The notes below the pieces were generated by a model, which was given only the letters and a program-made list of their open reading frames with translations, had not been told where the DNA came from and did not search any database. A stretch of DNA of 60,651 bases, the filler included, from Hausera hauseri (lineage: Eukaryota), in NCBI GenBank assembly GCA_046269625.1. It is 11 parts of 11 records of this genome, joined end to end, with 100 filler letters (N's around TTAATTAATTAA, not from the genome) between each part and the next. Parts side by side here need not be neighbours in the genome. Positions count along the whole stretch, not along the records: positions 34,779 to 39,156 come from JBJURY010609776.1; positions 39,257 to 45,665 come from JBJURY010103765.1; positions 45,766 to 50,179 come from JBJURY010593667.1; positions 50,280 to 54,686 come from JBJURY010596222.1; 7 more parts are not named here. One strand, given 5' to 3'. Made by a program: the position numbers and the translations under genes. Shown here in pieces: positions 37,701 to 50,319 of the stretch (its first letter is position 1; each line of letters begins with the position of its first letter).

Positions 37701-38704
37701 CTTATCATTGATGGTGTTGATTGTAAGTTGTAGTGCCGCATTTTCGGCGCGTAAATGGTTCAATTGGTGTTCGACAGATGTATGACGTTGATTGTCGTCA
37801 GTCGTGATTGCAGCTGATATGATGGGCTGTGATTGTATTTGTAAAACTTCATGTGCTTTATCGGTCAATTCAGCTAGCTTATCTAAGGCTGTAGAATCTT
37901 CAACTACGGTAAGTAAAGTTCTAATTTGAATGTGTAATGCGTTAAGGAAATATCGTCGAAGTAAATCAGGGTTGTGTTCCTTGGTCACTCCTAGAGTACG
38001 TAAGCCAACAAGGTACGTAAGAAATCACTAGGTTTTTGTGTCCCCATTGCATTTTCATTAAAGAAGCGTTGTATTATCGAATCAATTGATGGTTCTTTCA
38101 GTTTTAATACAGCATTGAGCAATTGAGTATAAAGGTCAGGGTGTTGAAAGATGTCCAATAAGTTATGGATTGGGGCCTTTATGGAGTTTGGCAGAAGGTA
38201 AAGTAGATTATGGGCTTTGGATAACGAGTCTGTAATACCGTTGGATTGTAATCAGCGTTGATGTAAGTGGAGCCAAGTTTTGCCAGAATTTTCATTCAGA
38301 GCAATGTGGAGTGTAATTGTGGAATTTTTGTGAAAAGAGTTAGATTCGGCTGATGTAGGTGGATGGTTTGATTTGGGATAGTAAAGAGTGAATTTGGGTT
38401 TTGTGGTCACCTTATCTGTGATGTCACTGGTTGGTGAGGAAATCATACCGCCGCGGATTCTAGGGTGAATGTGTATACAGAGGTAGTATTGTGAGGACAT
38501 GATGTATGGGAGGTCAGTTAAAATGAATCCATTGTGAGTCAAATAGAAGTCATTGAAGGCGGTAGCTTTATGAATGAGATCATATAATTGTATTGTATCG
38601 ATACATTGTGTTATATGAGCGGTATGTATTAATTTATTATTAACAAAAAGGTGGATGGAAAATGACGGTGATAAACAACAAGCTGGGTAGTGTGGTATAT
38701 CCAC
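34779..38704 (-). mobile_element. CsRn1-like Gypsy element (UBL-gag-protease-RT-RNase H) with an internal RT duplication
   Basis: Gag MGTQKPSDFLR, LDKLAELTDK; CHCC motifs CYYHNKF..ANKC..GC and CIYNAKF..ARNC..GC; FLIDTGA; RPCGDYRQLN, MPFGL, PYIDDIL; TTDASN, PLEFFSRKL. Confidence 0.9.
38447..38656 (-). other. Ubiquitin-like domain ending RIRGG, directly N-terminal to the Gag Met
   Basis: IHLFVNNKLIHTAHITQCIDTIQLYDLIHKATAFNDFYLTHNGFILTD...LCIHIHPRIRGG|MISS. Confidence 0.75.
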
Positions 38705-38794
38705 ATATTTTGTCTCGTGTCTTGTAGCTGTTGAGTGAGCCGTTGAAAACGTGGTTCTACCCCGACCGGTCCCAATTATCGAGACAAGTTTAAT

Positions 38795-39156
38795 TCAATC
38801 AGTGAACACGGCCACAGGTGTGGTAAGACCCAAAGCTTTCCTTTTTGCAATCAACTCCATTACTTTCACGTCAAGGAACTTTTTGTATGCATCTAAAATT
38901 TTATCGCCTTCATGATCAATAACTTCATCTGAATCTTTATTTTTATCGAAATTTTTAGAATTAAAACACCAGTCCTTGTGTATATGTGGATCATCACCAA
39001 ATAATGCCGAGCCAAATATTAGGTCGGCTTCATCAAGACCTCCATCAAGAGTTATTGCAGCTATCACTGCTTCAAAAGCATCTGATCTGGCATGGGTGAT
39101 TGTTGAGTCGTATGATAAATCAGTATTATGAGTGTAGAGTAAAAATTTATGTAAAC
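38795..39156 (-). pseudogene. drosha: Drosha-like RNase IIIa domain fragment
   Basis: LHKFLLYTHNTDLSYDSTITHARSDAFEAVIAAITLDGGLDEADLIFGSALFGDD parallels Drosha FMLYAHGPDL...RHAMANCFEALIGAVYLEGSLEEAKQLFGRLLF. Confidence 0.78.
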
Positions 39157-39256
39157 NNNNNNNNNNNNNNNNNNNNNNNNNNNNNNNNNNNNNNNNNNNN
39201 TTAATTAATTAANNNNNNNNNNNNNNNNNNNNNNNNNNNNNNNNNNNNNNNNNNNN

Positions 39257-40091
39257 TTTCGGTATTTTCTTATGGCGACGCCTTGCACAGCTAAGGTTTA
39301 TACAATTTTGTCTCATGTGCCCCTGCTGACCACATCCGTAGCATCTTATTGGTTATCTTTCGGGGCACTGCTTGTTTATATGTCCTTCTTTTCCGCATCC
39401 AAAGCATTTAATCAGCCCCCATGTGATGCAAGTTCTGTTCGTATTTCCTTCCTTCTGACGTCCAACACTTTAATCCACTATTTGGTGGTCTAGTTGCAGT
39501 CATGTTGGCTCTAAGAACAGGTTTCCTGATATTTCCAGTTCCCACTTCCTGGTAGCTTCTTCTACCGATCCCTTGATACTCTTTGACCGTGTTGATTTCT
39601 TCTGTCTTAATCTTTTCTTCGTGTATCCGTATTTTCTCCTTTATGGTTTGCGCGTCTTTTGTCACTGAGGCATATCTCTCTTCTCATCTTTTTACTGTTA
39701 CAACATTGGGACAATAGTTCCTCTTTTAGAGTCTCGCGTGAAAAATTGTGTTTCATAACTTTATCCAGCAGTTTTTCGATTGTCTCGAAGTCAGCCTCCG
39801 GGTCTGCTCCAATCATTTTGTACTCGAGTGCTTCTTACAGATCTTCGCACAGAGTTGGGGGTCTGGCGAAAGCTTTCGTAGTCGGTTTTGATATTCCGTT
39901 ATCTTCGCATCTACTGCCTCGTATCTTTGTTGTGCTTCTTCCACCAAGAGACATTCAACCATGATTTCCCTCTTTGCCGCTGGGGTGTTCACATATCTAA
40001 AGAATTTCTCACATCCCTTAGTAAACTTCTCCACGTCGTCGTCTTTCTTTGAACTTGTTGGGCAGAAATTGGTTAGTGAAAATATCCATTA
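39257..40091 (-). pseudogene. gag: Gypsy gag fragment
   Basis: VEKFTKGCEKFF...REIMVECLLVEEAQQRYE; frameshifted and rich in coiled coil. Confidence 0.55.
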
Positions 40092-40271
40092 TGGCGCAAG
40101 TTGCCATGTTAGCCGCGGGCGCGTCTACGCCGTCCACCTCGTCACCCAGCTTGGCTTGGGCTGAAAAATTCCTGCTCCTGTGTGTCAGCTAAAGCGGAAT
40201 TTGACCGTTTGCAATTACTCATTGAAAAGTTAACACCGGTTGTTGAAAATTTTATTATTGTCTTAAAATAC

Positions 40272-41015
40272 TCATTTCAAAACAAATTGGGCTGTTTTAA
40301 ACGTGAATCGTTTCCCGTATAGGTAATGGTTGAAATGTTGACAGAAATAATACATTGCCTGTAGTTCTTTCCGACTTATACAATATCCTTTTTCACGGTT
40401 GTTTATTGTGTGTGATCCGTACTTAATTACTCTCGCGCCACAAACTATCTTTCTGTGAGGATAATTTATCTGTAGAAATAAGGGAAACATAGTATTGGCG
40501 GTGTGATTAGAGCTCTTTTTATTGACTCCAAGGCCTCGTTACATTGCTCCGTCCATATTAGTTTCTTGTTATTCAGTCCGCATAGTTGCTGCAATGTCTT
40601 CGTCTTTGTTCCGTAACCTTGGATAAATCTTATGTAATAGTTGCAGATCCCTAAGAAACTTCTTAAATTCTTGACATATTTTGGTTTCTCAGAGGACTTA
40701 ATTGTTTCCTGCTTTGATGGGTCTGTCTGTTTCATCTTGTCATTCATTATATTTCCTAAAAATTTTACTTCTTTCTTGAGGATGTGACATTTCTCTGGGT
40801 TTACGCTGAGACCTGCTTCCCTGATCTGCTACAATACCTTCTCTAGTATCCTACAATGCTCTTATACAGCCTTAAAAATGATTAGTATATCATCTACGCA
40901 TACCACTGTTTGTTCAATGTCCCATAGTACTTTATTTATTAGTTCTTGGACGGTGCCCGCGGCTGCTGCTATACCAAATGGCATCCTTTTGAAAGAGAAC
41001 TGTCCTAATGTGGTG
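40272..41015 (-). pseudogene. pol: Gypsy RT-RNase H fragment
   Basis: FKRMPFG, AGLSVNPEKC, LRSFLGICNYY..FI, ITPPILCFP, REKGYCISRKELQA..FNHYLYGKRF. Confidence 0.88.
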
Positions 41016-41017
41016 CC

Positions 41018-43620
41018 CATAGCGTTGTACAAAAAAGAACTATACTTTTAGACCATGTGGTGACTACCGACAGTTGAAGAACTTGACCATCATGTATGCC
41101 TACTCCTTACCACTCATCAAGGCCATCCTACATCGCCTTAATTCAACTACCATATATTCGATTATCGATTTAGCCAAAGCATACCACCAAATACCGGTGG
41201 CACCCGAATACATAGAAAAAACCGCTGTCACTACTCCTTTTGGCCTCTATGAGTACCTGTTTATGCCACTCGGCTTGCGAAATGCCGCCCAGACTTTCCA
41301 GCAACATGTCGACTCAATTCTCTCAGATTTTCCATTTGCGCACTCTTACATTGATGACATTCTAATTGTTTCGTCTACGGTCAAAACACAAGGAACACCT
41401 TCGCGCAATATTCCAACGCCATCACCACCATAATCTCCAAGTCAATTTCGACAAATGCCATTTTTCAAAAAACGCATCAACTTTTTGGGCCACGTTGTTT
41501 CACCAGACGGCGACTCTTCGCAACCAGACCAAGTTGAAGCCCTTAAAAATATCCAGTTACCATATACGACCACCGAAATGCGCAGCTTCCTTGGAACACT
41601 ACACTATGTATGTATGTGCATAAATATGTACCATATTGCTCCGAATTGACAGCACAATTTGCACACTTAAGCGGTGGCAAAATATATTAGCCAATCCAGT
41701 GGACACCTGAGTTGGTAGACAAATTTGATAAGTTACGAGAAGGAATTAAGACCCAAGCCTGATGCAGAACTCATCCTTACTACAGACGCTTCAACCACTG
41801 CGGTAGGTGCTGTACTCTACCAGGTCTACAAAGGAGAATATCAACCGCTAGAATTTTTCGCTCGCAAGCTAGATACTCAACGTTCGATCGATAGTTATTG
41901 GTCATCGTTCTTGCTTTAAAGCATTTCTCCCACCTACTTGTCGCTCGCCATTTTACCATACAAACCGATCACAAACCCTTACTTAACATCATGACTATGA
42001 AACATCCTTCACACTCCAAAAACGACAGATATCATACTTTTTGACATTTAACTTCGACATAAAACATATTAGCGGGTTTAATAATTTAGTTGCTGATTTT
42101 TTATCTAGGTCGATTAGTTCGATTAATTTTTCACCGATTTTTACACAGGTTTAACTTCAACAGAATTAGCCACCTTAAGACATGTTTAATTCTTTCAAGT
42201 CTTGCACAATTGTTGATGGCGTGGCTTTAGACACTTCCAAACCAGGTCATCCCATAATAATTCTCGCACCATCATTGCAAAGGCAAGCATTTAGTAGTGT
42301 ACATTCGCTACACCACCCTGGTGCTAAAGCCACTTCTCGTTTACTCCATGGACAAGTAATATGGCCGACAATGCGTTCTGATGTGCAGGCATCGGTTAAG
42401 GAATGTGTGGCTCGCCAAAAATACAAAACAACTAAACATTTAAAGCCACAACTATTCCACTTCCCCTTCACATCGCGTTTCGAATCCGTGCATATCGACA
42501 TCGTTGACCCTGTTCCTCCAGACAACGGTCATCAATTCATTCGCACCATGATGGACCGTTCCTCGCGATGGCCAGAAGCCATCCCTCTGCGGAGCACGAA
42601 CACCGATACCATAGGTGACGTTTTCATTCGCACATGGATTAGCAGGTTTGGATCACCTCGCTTCATCATCACGGACCAGAGTCCACAGTTGGAATCCAAA
42701 CTGTTTAAATATCTTGTTAACCGATTAAGGATCCATCACATACATACTACGCTTTAACATCCCCAGTCGAATGGCCTCCCAGAACGCTTCCACCGAACAT
42801 TGAATATGTCACTAAGAATCGTTGCAGAGTCCAACACTAGTTGGACGAATCTTCTTCCGTTTGTTCTGCTTGGCTGGCGGGACACTCCGTCTACTTCTAC
42901 GGAATGCTCACCTACCGAAGCCTTATTCGGAGCTCCTGTACTATCATTGTTCGAACTAACTGCCCTAGCGACACACCTTCAGATGAAACGATACGGGCGG
43001 CGCAAAATCACTTCGGCACGGTCAGCAAAGATTTGTTCTGCAGGATACTTCACAAAGACAAAGCATATTTATCCGAAGACTTGTATTCGTCAAAATTCGT
43101 ATGGCTAAAAAATCAGACGCCCTGCGGTTTTCAGCCGCGGTATCTGTGGCCCTATAAACTGATACAGCTGCATTCACATAATGCTACTATCTCTAAAGAC
43201 GGCAAAAAATTTACGGTACATATTACCAACCTAAAGCCCGCCTTCTTCGTCGACGACACTGTACCAATCGACACGTCAAACCCTTTGCTCACTCCTAAAC
43301 TTCCTTCTATTCCTATTTCCATCGCTACACCTGTTCCACCTCCTCCTTCTGCTCCTAGTTCTGCTTTATCATCTTCCACGCCTTCTCCTTCTGTTCCTAT
43401 CCGCCTTCCTATCTCTACCATTACCTCTGTTTCATCTTCTACTTCTACTCTTCCGCCTAATACATTTCCAATTTCCACGACAACTTTCGTCGCCTCCTTC
43501 ATCCGCTACTTCACCTTTTGTCACTCCATTGTTTTCTAACACTCTCTTGAGTGCCTTTAACCATCCGTCTCCAACAATCTCTCTCCCTCCTTCACCTTCT
43601 TCTTCTCTTCATTCTGACTC
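41018..43620 (+). mobile_element. Gypsy pol (RT-RNase H-integrase) closely related to the 34779-38704 element, with an S/P/T-rich tail
   Basis: RPCGDYRQL, IDLAKAYHQIPV, YIDDIL, TTDAST, HSLHHPG, VHIDIV, DRSSRWPEAIPL, ITDQ, HPQSNGLPER, WPYKL. Confidence 0.92.
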
Positions 43621-46600
43621 GTCTTTACACGATACAACAATTACTACAAAATCTGACAAATTTTTCCCCAACTTTAACCTATGCTAGCAAATACCTCGCA
43701 TGCAGACAAACCACGCAGAGTCACATTTAGCATGTATAGCAGGGAAAAATCAGTAGAAGGCACCCAACGTCTTGTTCACACTAAGACCAGCTGACACAGA
43801 CGCTTTCCGTTTGGCGATTTTTTTTACCGTCTATTTTACCCTTCATAATTTCAACCTTGCTACGGGGGAATGATGTTGTGCCCACTGCGGCCGGTGCTTT
43901 TGGCCCATTTGGTTGGGCACGGCCGGGCATTCGCTGTTGCCGCGTCGGCTTAATAGTCGGGTCCAACTCTCCGCCTTATGAATTTAATCCGTCGAATTAG
44001 ACGATAAGATTATCCTTAAATCAGAACCAATACATACAATACTCATCTTTAAAGATGAAATCTATTCCACTCCATGATATAAACAGTAGCCGAGTAATTG
44101 ATGAGCCGTGCCTTTCAAATCACTGCATCATAAGACAGCGGCATAATCCCAGACAGAACGTTAATCCTTTGATGCCAACCCAAAATGATTCTGAAAGTGC
44201 TACGACAAATACAGATTTATTACAGACATACCTTCAAAATCTCATCACGAAACCTAATCGTCACAATGTTTCGAAAGACAATAAAATAACAACGCAACAA
44301 TTTAATTCAAAATCTTTCTCAAAGAAAGAAATAAGTCAGTTGATATATTTCCACAATTCTTCCCAACTGTATGAAAATGTAACAGTTCCAACATTAGAAA
44401 ATTTTGTTTTATCGATAAAGTATCAATGTTCTCTTTCCCGATGTGATATTTATTCATTTTGGTTGACCTTTCCACACCACTAAACAAATCATCGGATATA
44501 TCGATCGAGGAAAAATCATTTAAAAAGTCCACAACAGAATCCAATCCGAACTGAGTTCCGTTGAGCCGATTCAACGAACTTTATCCGCCGAAACTTTCCA
44601 ACAATTTCATCTTATTCTTTAACAACAACGTGGAAATTAATTGTTTAGTTTACTAATGACAGTGGTTTAAAGATGTCTTCAGTTTGTCATGTAGTGCTGA
44701 TAAAAACAGTCGTTGTCAAATATATAATTCTTGATCTTCGGTCGCAAGATTTTCGCAATTACTTTATCATCTATATCCTCAAAGTCAGACTCGAAGTGTT
44801 CGAATTTAAAATCATCCTCGTTAGGAAGCAACATCTACGGCGGTTTAGAAACTCGTTGGCAGTTCTCAGTCATTTCATTAAGACCCGATACCACAACCAG
44901 TTGTACTTTCTAGCCAATTCATCAAATAGCCATATTTATCGTTGTTCATTGGTGTTTAAAATGGTCGATCAGCATCCGTTGACATGAACAAATGGTAGAC
45001 AAATTTGATCTTCCTCGACAACACTCTTATTGTCACATTCCGATAGAGGCAGTGAAAAATATGTTTTCTCAGTGACGAATGGGCAATGTTCTTAGAAACA
45101 AAAAAATCCAAACATTTCAGATGTCGTTCCAAGTCCAAATTTCGGCTCAAGTTTTTCGTCTGATGATCAATAATAAAAACATGTGAGCCATAATAGTTTT
45201 CATACCGTCGATAAAATGTCTTCCAATCCACTCAAATGCCAACGAACAGAAGCCAGAAAACGTGGTCAAAGTGAAATAAAACGAGTCGTTGTGGTGTTGC
45301 CGGATTTGTTGACCCTTTTTGAGACATTTTTTAAAAGTGTACATAATGTTTTGTTTAAATAAAACACAATTTTGCATGTTCAATTTGATTTGACTTTAGC
45401 TTACGTCATATTTTTTTCTTCGAAGAAATCGTCTTTTGCTATTATCAATTATAACTGTCCATTTTTTAAGAATTTGTATCTCGATTGATTTTGCAACTTT
45501 TTTATACCAAATCGTTTATTGGATTTGGTCGATTTGTTGCGTACATATATAAGCATAACTATGAAAATTTTGAATTATTTATTCGAATACCATATTCAAT
45601 TTGATCAAATGATTTTAGTAACAGAATTCGAAATAGAAGGAAAATTTCTGTACGTTACCAGTTTANNNNNNNNNNNNNNNNNNNNNNNNNNNNNNNNNNN
45701 NNNNNNNNNTTAATTAATTAANNNNNNNNNNNNNNNNNNNNNNNNNNNNNNNNNNNNNNNNNNNNGTCAGCTGCTAGGTGTTGTAGTTCTTGCATAGGGC
45801 CTAAATTCATGATTTTACATTCACGCATGAAAGTTCTTCTTATTGTTTCTTGTGGTCTTCCTCTGTACTCGTCTGATCTAATATTCTCAAAGAAAATAGT
45901 GACTAAGTAACTCCTAAGGCGCCCTATCGAAACACTTTCCCCTCATGATAATTTTTAAACGCAGTACGCAAGTACACACCCGTTCGTCTGAACTTTGATC
46001 TGTCAGCATTTCTCAAGCCTGCTAACATATGATAAGCCGAATGCAGGCGGTTAATTTTCAAAAGAAACGCGTTCGGGAATGACCGATCATCACAACCATA
46101 CCTAACATTTATGTTAGCATGCTAACGTTGAGGAAATAGGCACTAACAGTATTGTCTAACGCTGCCTAACAGCGGTGTTTTTTTTCCTTTTGCAGTGGAG
46201 AGCTACTGGCCGTAAAATTCTCGTCGTTTACAAGATTTTTTAATTTCGTGTTTTAAATTTAACATTACATATTATATTCCTTTTATTTTTATATAATCCT
46301 TGTTTTTCTTTTTGTCAGCACTGCTAAATTTGTGAACATGGATGGCCGCCACTGGTTGCAGTCTATTTAGTATTATTTTAAGCATGACTTTGCTTGAGTG
46401 GTTGATGAGACTAATAGTGCGATAATTTTGGTACAGTTGCAGTAACGGGGTGATTATGCATTGAGTCCAATGTGTGGACCATTCTTTGGTATTTCATATT
46501 TTATTACAAATCTGTGTCAGGATTTCAATCATTGACTCTCCTCTAGCCTGAATACGTTCGGCTGGTATGTTGTCAGCTCAGCAATCTTTCCTTGTTTAAG

Positions 46601-46839
46601 TGATTTTACTGCCTTCACTACTTATTCTTTCAGGATGGAAAAATTCCCATCATCTGTTGGGTGGTTTTATGGTTATAGAGTTCAGTGAAGTAGTCTGTCC
46701 ATCTATTGATGATGTCTCGTTCCTCTGTGAGGCGTTTACCTGTACTATTCTGTACGGCGATAGTTCGGCCCCAGTTTACGGTTGTTAATTTTTTCACTGC
46801 CTGGTATTGATACCAGCCCTAAAGCAACATACAGTCCTA

Positions 46840-47215
46840 AGGCAGCTCCAAACAGTTACGGACCTATCAGCCTATTAAGCTGTGCAGGAAAACTCATGGA
46901 GCGAATGATAAACAACAGACTGATGTGGCACCTGGAAGACAAACACCTCCTAATGACCCAGCAAGCAGGCTTCAAACAACACAGATCCACTGAAGATCAG
47001 ATCACCCACATAGCACAGGAAATAGATGATGCCTTTCAAGGAAAAAAGCACACACTCACAGTATGGGTGGATCTTGAAAAAAAGCATTTGATAAAGTACA
47101 GAAGGATGGACTGAAAGTCAAACTCCTTAGAAACAAAGTGTGTGGGAAAATGTACAAATGGATCAGCCACTACCTAAAGAATAGGACTGCCAGAGTACCG
47201 GTGCAGGGTCAGACT
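46840..47215 (+). mobile_element. Non-LTR retrotransposon (LINE) RT fragment
   Basis: SYGPISLLSCAGKLMERMI..RL...QAGFKQHRSTEDQ..VWVDLEK/AFDKV..WISHYL. Confidence 0.9.
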
Positions 47216-47216
47216 A

Positions 47217-47536
47217 GGGGGCTCAGTGCTCTCGAGGTAAGACGCCCGCCTGAGAGCTAGAGGTACGAGGTTCAAATCCCGGTGGAACCACTTGGGATTT
47301 TTTCTCCTGGATCTTCTAGTTAAAAATTTCCCTGATCTCTGGGTAGTGAGATCGGACGTCCGTGTACATTGTCGTGCACGTTAAAAACCCCTTGGCAGTT
47401 GGAAATCGAAAAAGAATAGGCCTTATGGCCGCTGTGCGGGAAAATTCTAGGAAAAATCTACCCTCAGGGCAAAAATGTAAAAAGGCGATAGTGCCTATTT
47501 CTTTACCCTGACAAAATAAAGTTTCATTCATTCATT
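47217..47536 (+). mobile_element. tRNA-derived SINE
   Basis: tRNA-like head with B box GGTTCAAATCC (47269-47279) and a (TTCA)n tail; interrupts the LINE. Confidence 0.7.
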
Positions 47537-49312
47537 AATTTCAGAAAAGTTAGTCAGCCCACAAAAGATTCCATATATACAGCGACATGAAGCAACCCCA
47601 AAGCTGTCCAGTTAGTAATTTGCTAACCAGGACCGACTTCCTTATAAAAACAACCGGATTATTAAACATGAGTCAAATTTGGTACTACGACCATAAAAAA
47701 CATGTGATAATTGGATTAAAAAAATACTTCCTTCCGGATTTTCCTTCAAAAGTGCTTAACAAATAACACCGGAATGGATACCTATACTTATTACACATAT
47801 ATGCTTATGGCAGCTTCAAACATATTATCATACTCAGATGTTGACATGTATCTCTAATAACATTATGAAGTCCGAGATAGCGCTAATAAATAGTCATTAC
47901 TATCTCTGTTACCAAATTAAAACCTTTTAATATAAGAATATTTGTTACACATAATTAATTTACTATCATTACCATACTCAAATGAGAGCTGATGTAGTGG
48001 AGTAGTCAGTGCACGTGAGTAGTATACTGAGTCATTAATAGGTCGAATTTGCCTGCAGGGGCATTATATAAAATGTATACCCCTGCAGGGTCTGTAATGT
48101 ATAGCGCTAAGAAGAAAAAACCCGGAGCAGCCTGGTGCAGGGCGGTCACGGGGGTCATCGGGTCACCGGGCGGACTCGGGGTCACCGGGCGGGTTGCGTG
48201 GTCGGCAAGGGGCAGGGGTGCTATACACCGGCCTTTCTATAGCGCAAAGAATAAAAAAACGCTGGTGGCGTTTCTAAAGGGTTTTGGTGGCCAAAGCAGT
48301 GTCCATCACGCCTATTTGGAGCTAGCTGTAAACTACTGAGACTAATCAGTGTCCATAACAACTAGTGAGACTTTATAACCGGTCCCGCCTGGTTCCTTGA
48401 CCGAATCTGTATGAGTCCACCACCACTAGTGATCAAGACATTCGAGCTGTAGGGAGCAAGGGAGCTGTAAGCGATCAAGACCTTTCGATAAAGGGAACCT
48501 TGGCAGTGCCCGAAACATTCATTCAAGCCTTGTTTGCTCTGTGGAGCTATTGTAAGGCGAAAAAGAAAAAAAACCATCATCACTGCCGTCCTCGGCTTAG
48601 GCTGTATTTCATCACTTCGACACACATCCCCGTAGAGGAGCCGTCTCCGGGATTTTGCCGCCGCCCCCGCCGCCGCCAGGGGGAGCCACCGTTGCTTACT
48701 TTCAAGCCCTTCTGATTAGCATGGGCGTTAATATTGAGAAACTTTCCGAAACTGTAAGATGAGCGTTGGGTCATCACGAGCGAAATCTTCTTAGACTGTA
48801 TTTTATCAGCATCATAGCTGTGAAAGAGCTGGAACAAGAGAACTGTAAGCTTAGTAGTGCTCAAGACCTTCAGGCGAAAGACAAGCAGTGATCAAGCCCT
48901 TCTTAGAATGTAATTTATCATCATAGGCGAAAGAGACAAAACACTGAGCAAGATCGGCTTAGACTGCATTTCATTCTAGCAATAAACCTTTACGAGCACA
49001 TAACATTTTCGAGATCATAAACAACTGACTCATAGCAATTATGACAACGTATATAACAGAGCAATTTTGCATGCAGCTGTCACAATCCGAGGCCCAAGAA
49101 ACCAATAATTAAGCCCTATATTTACCGAAATGCAAGATTTGTAATAACGATATCATTTGACTGTCACCCACGTGAAGCAATCTCTGATTTTGGCGAACAA
49201 AAATCGATATGTGCTGTTATTAACTGAAGCAAAACTGTTAACCAAAAAACCACTCGATTTTTCTAATAAGAATTTTAACAGAGAAAGCTTCTTCCTTTTT
49301 CGTTTAATATGA

Positions 49313-49980
49313 GACTGACCGAATTCATCAACAGCACGCCTTGTATAAGCCTTTAGTGAACAACCACCATCATAATCCGGTTGCTGTATAGTGAACAAAT
49401 CCTGCCGATACTTTTAAGAGACAAATAGAGTCAATAAGCGTATAAACCTTTTATAACTTTTACTGACCGAAACCATCAACAACACGCCTTGTATAAGCCT
49501 TTAGTGAGTATCCATCATCATCATCATCAGGTGCCGTATAGTGAACGATTCCTGCCGAGCCTTTTAAGAGACAAATAGAGTCAATACGATTTTTAGGGTT
49601 ATTAGCAAACGAGAATTTCAGCTTCGGGTGGTAGGACTTTAGTGAGCATCGATCATCATCACAGTCGTGTAGTGATTGAGAACTTCCGACCAGGGGAGAA
49701 TGGGAGCAGAGGATGTTGGTGGGGACGTAAAGAAGAAAACAACAAGGGAACAAACGTGGACCAAGATGGCGGCGGTAAAGGGTAAGCAATGTAACGTCAC
49801 AAGCTTGTCACAAGCATTATGTGCCGTGGCGTTTAGTGAACGGGTATTTCCGATACTTTTAAGAGACAAATATAGAGTCAATAAGGCTTTTAGGACTATT
49901 AGTCACCAAGACTTTCATCATCAGGTGGTAAGACTTTAGGGAACAGCTATCATCAGCATATCCCGTATAGTGAACGAAAC
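49313..49980. repeat. Degenerate ~150-bp tandem/modular repeat
   Basis: CTGACCGAA..CATCAAC..CACGCCTTGTATAAGCCTTTAGTGA...CTTTTAAGAGACAAATAGAGTCAATA at about 49313 and 49462; partial copies at about 49627, 49833 and 49924. Confidence 0.75.
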
Positions 49981-50319
49981 CTTCCAAAACCTCCATCTTT
50001 GACCTGTGAGCCTAGTGGGACGATACAGGTCTCTTCTTAGGAACGGCAATAGAGTGTAGCGGATCATCATCATTAGTGCCCAAGACCTTTCAAGTCATCC
50101 TCTAGCTCGAACTAAACTACCTCCAATATCCTTAAGATATGCGACTTTAACAGAAAATTTACCCCTTCTATGACCAACTNNNNNNNNNNNNNNNNNNNNN
50201 NNNNNNNNNNNNNNNNNNNNNNNTTAATTAATTAANNNNNNNNNNNNNNNNNNNNNNNNNNNNNNNNNNNNNNNNNNNNATCATTGAGTTAAATCTCGAT
50301 TAATTTCATTTATATTTAG

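Noticed and set aside
43740-45665. Minus-strand coding-like fragments
   Set aside because: Heavily interrupted, and no family could be recognised.
47217-47290. Functional tRNA gene
   Set aside because: Degenerate A box and stems, continuing into a body and (TTCA)n tail; it is a SINE head.
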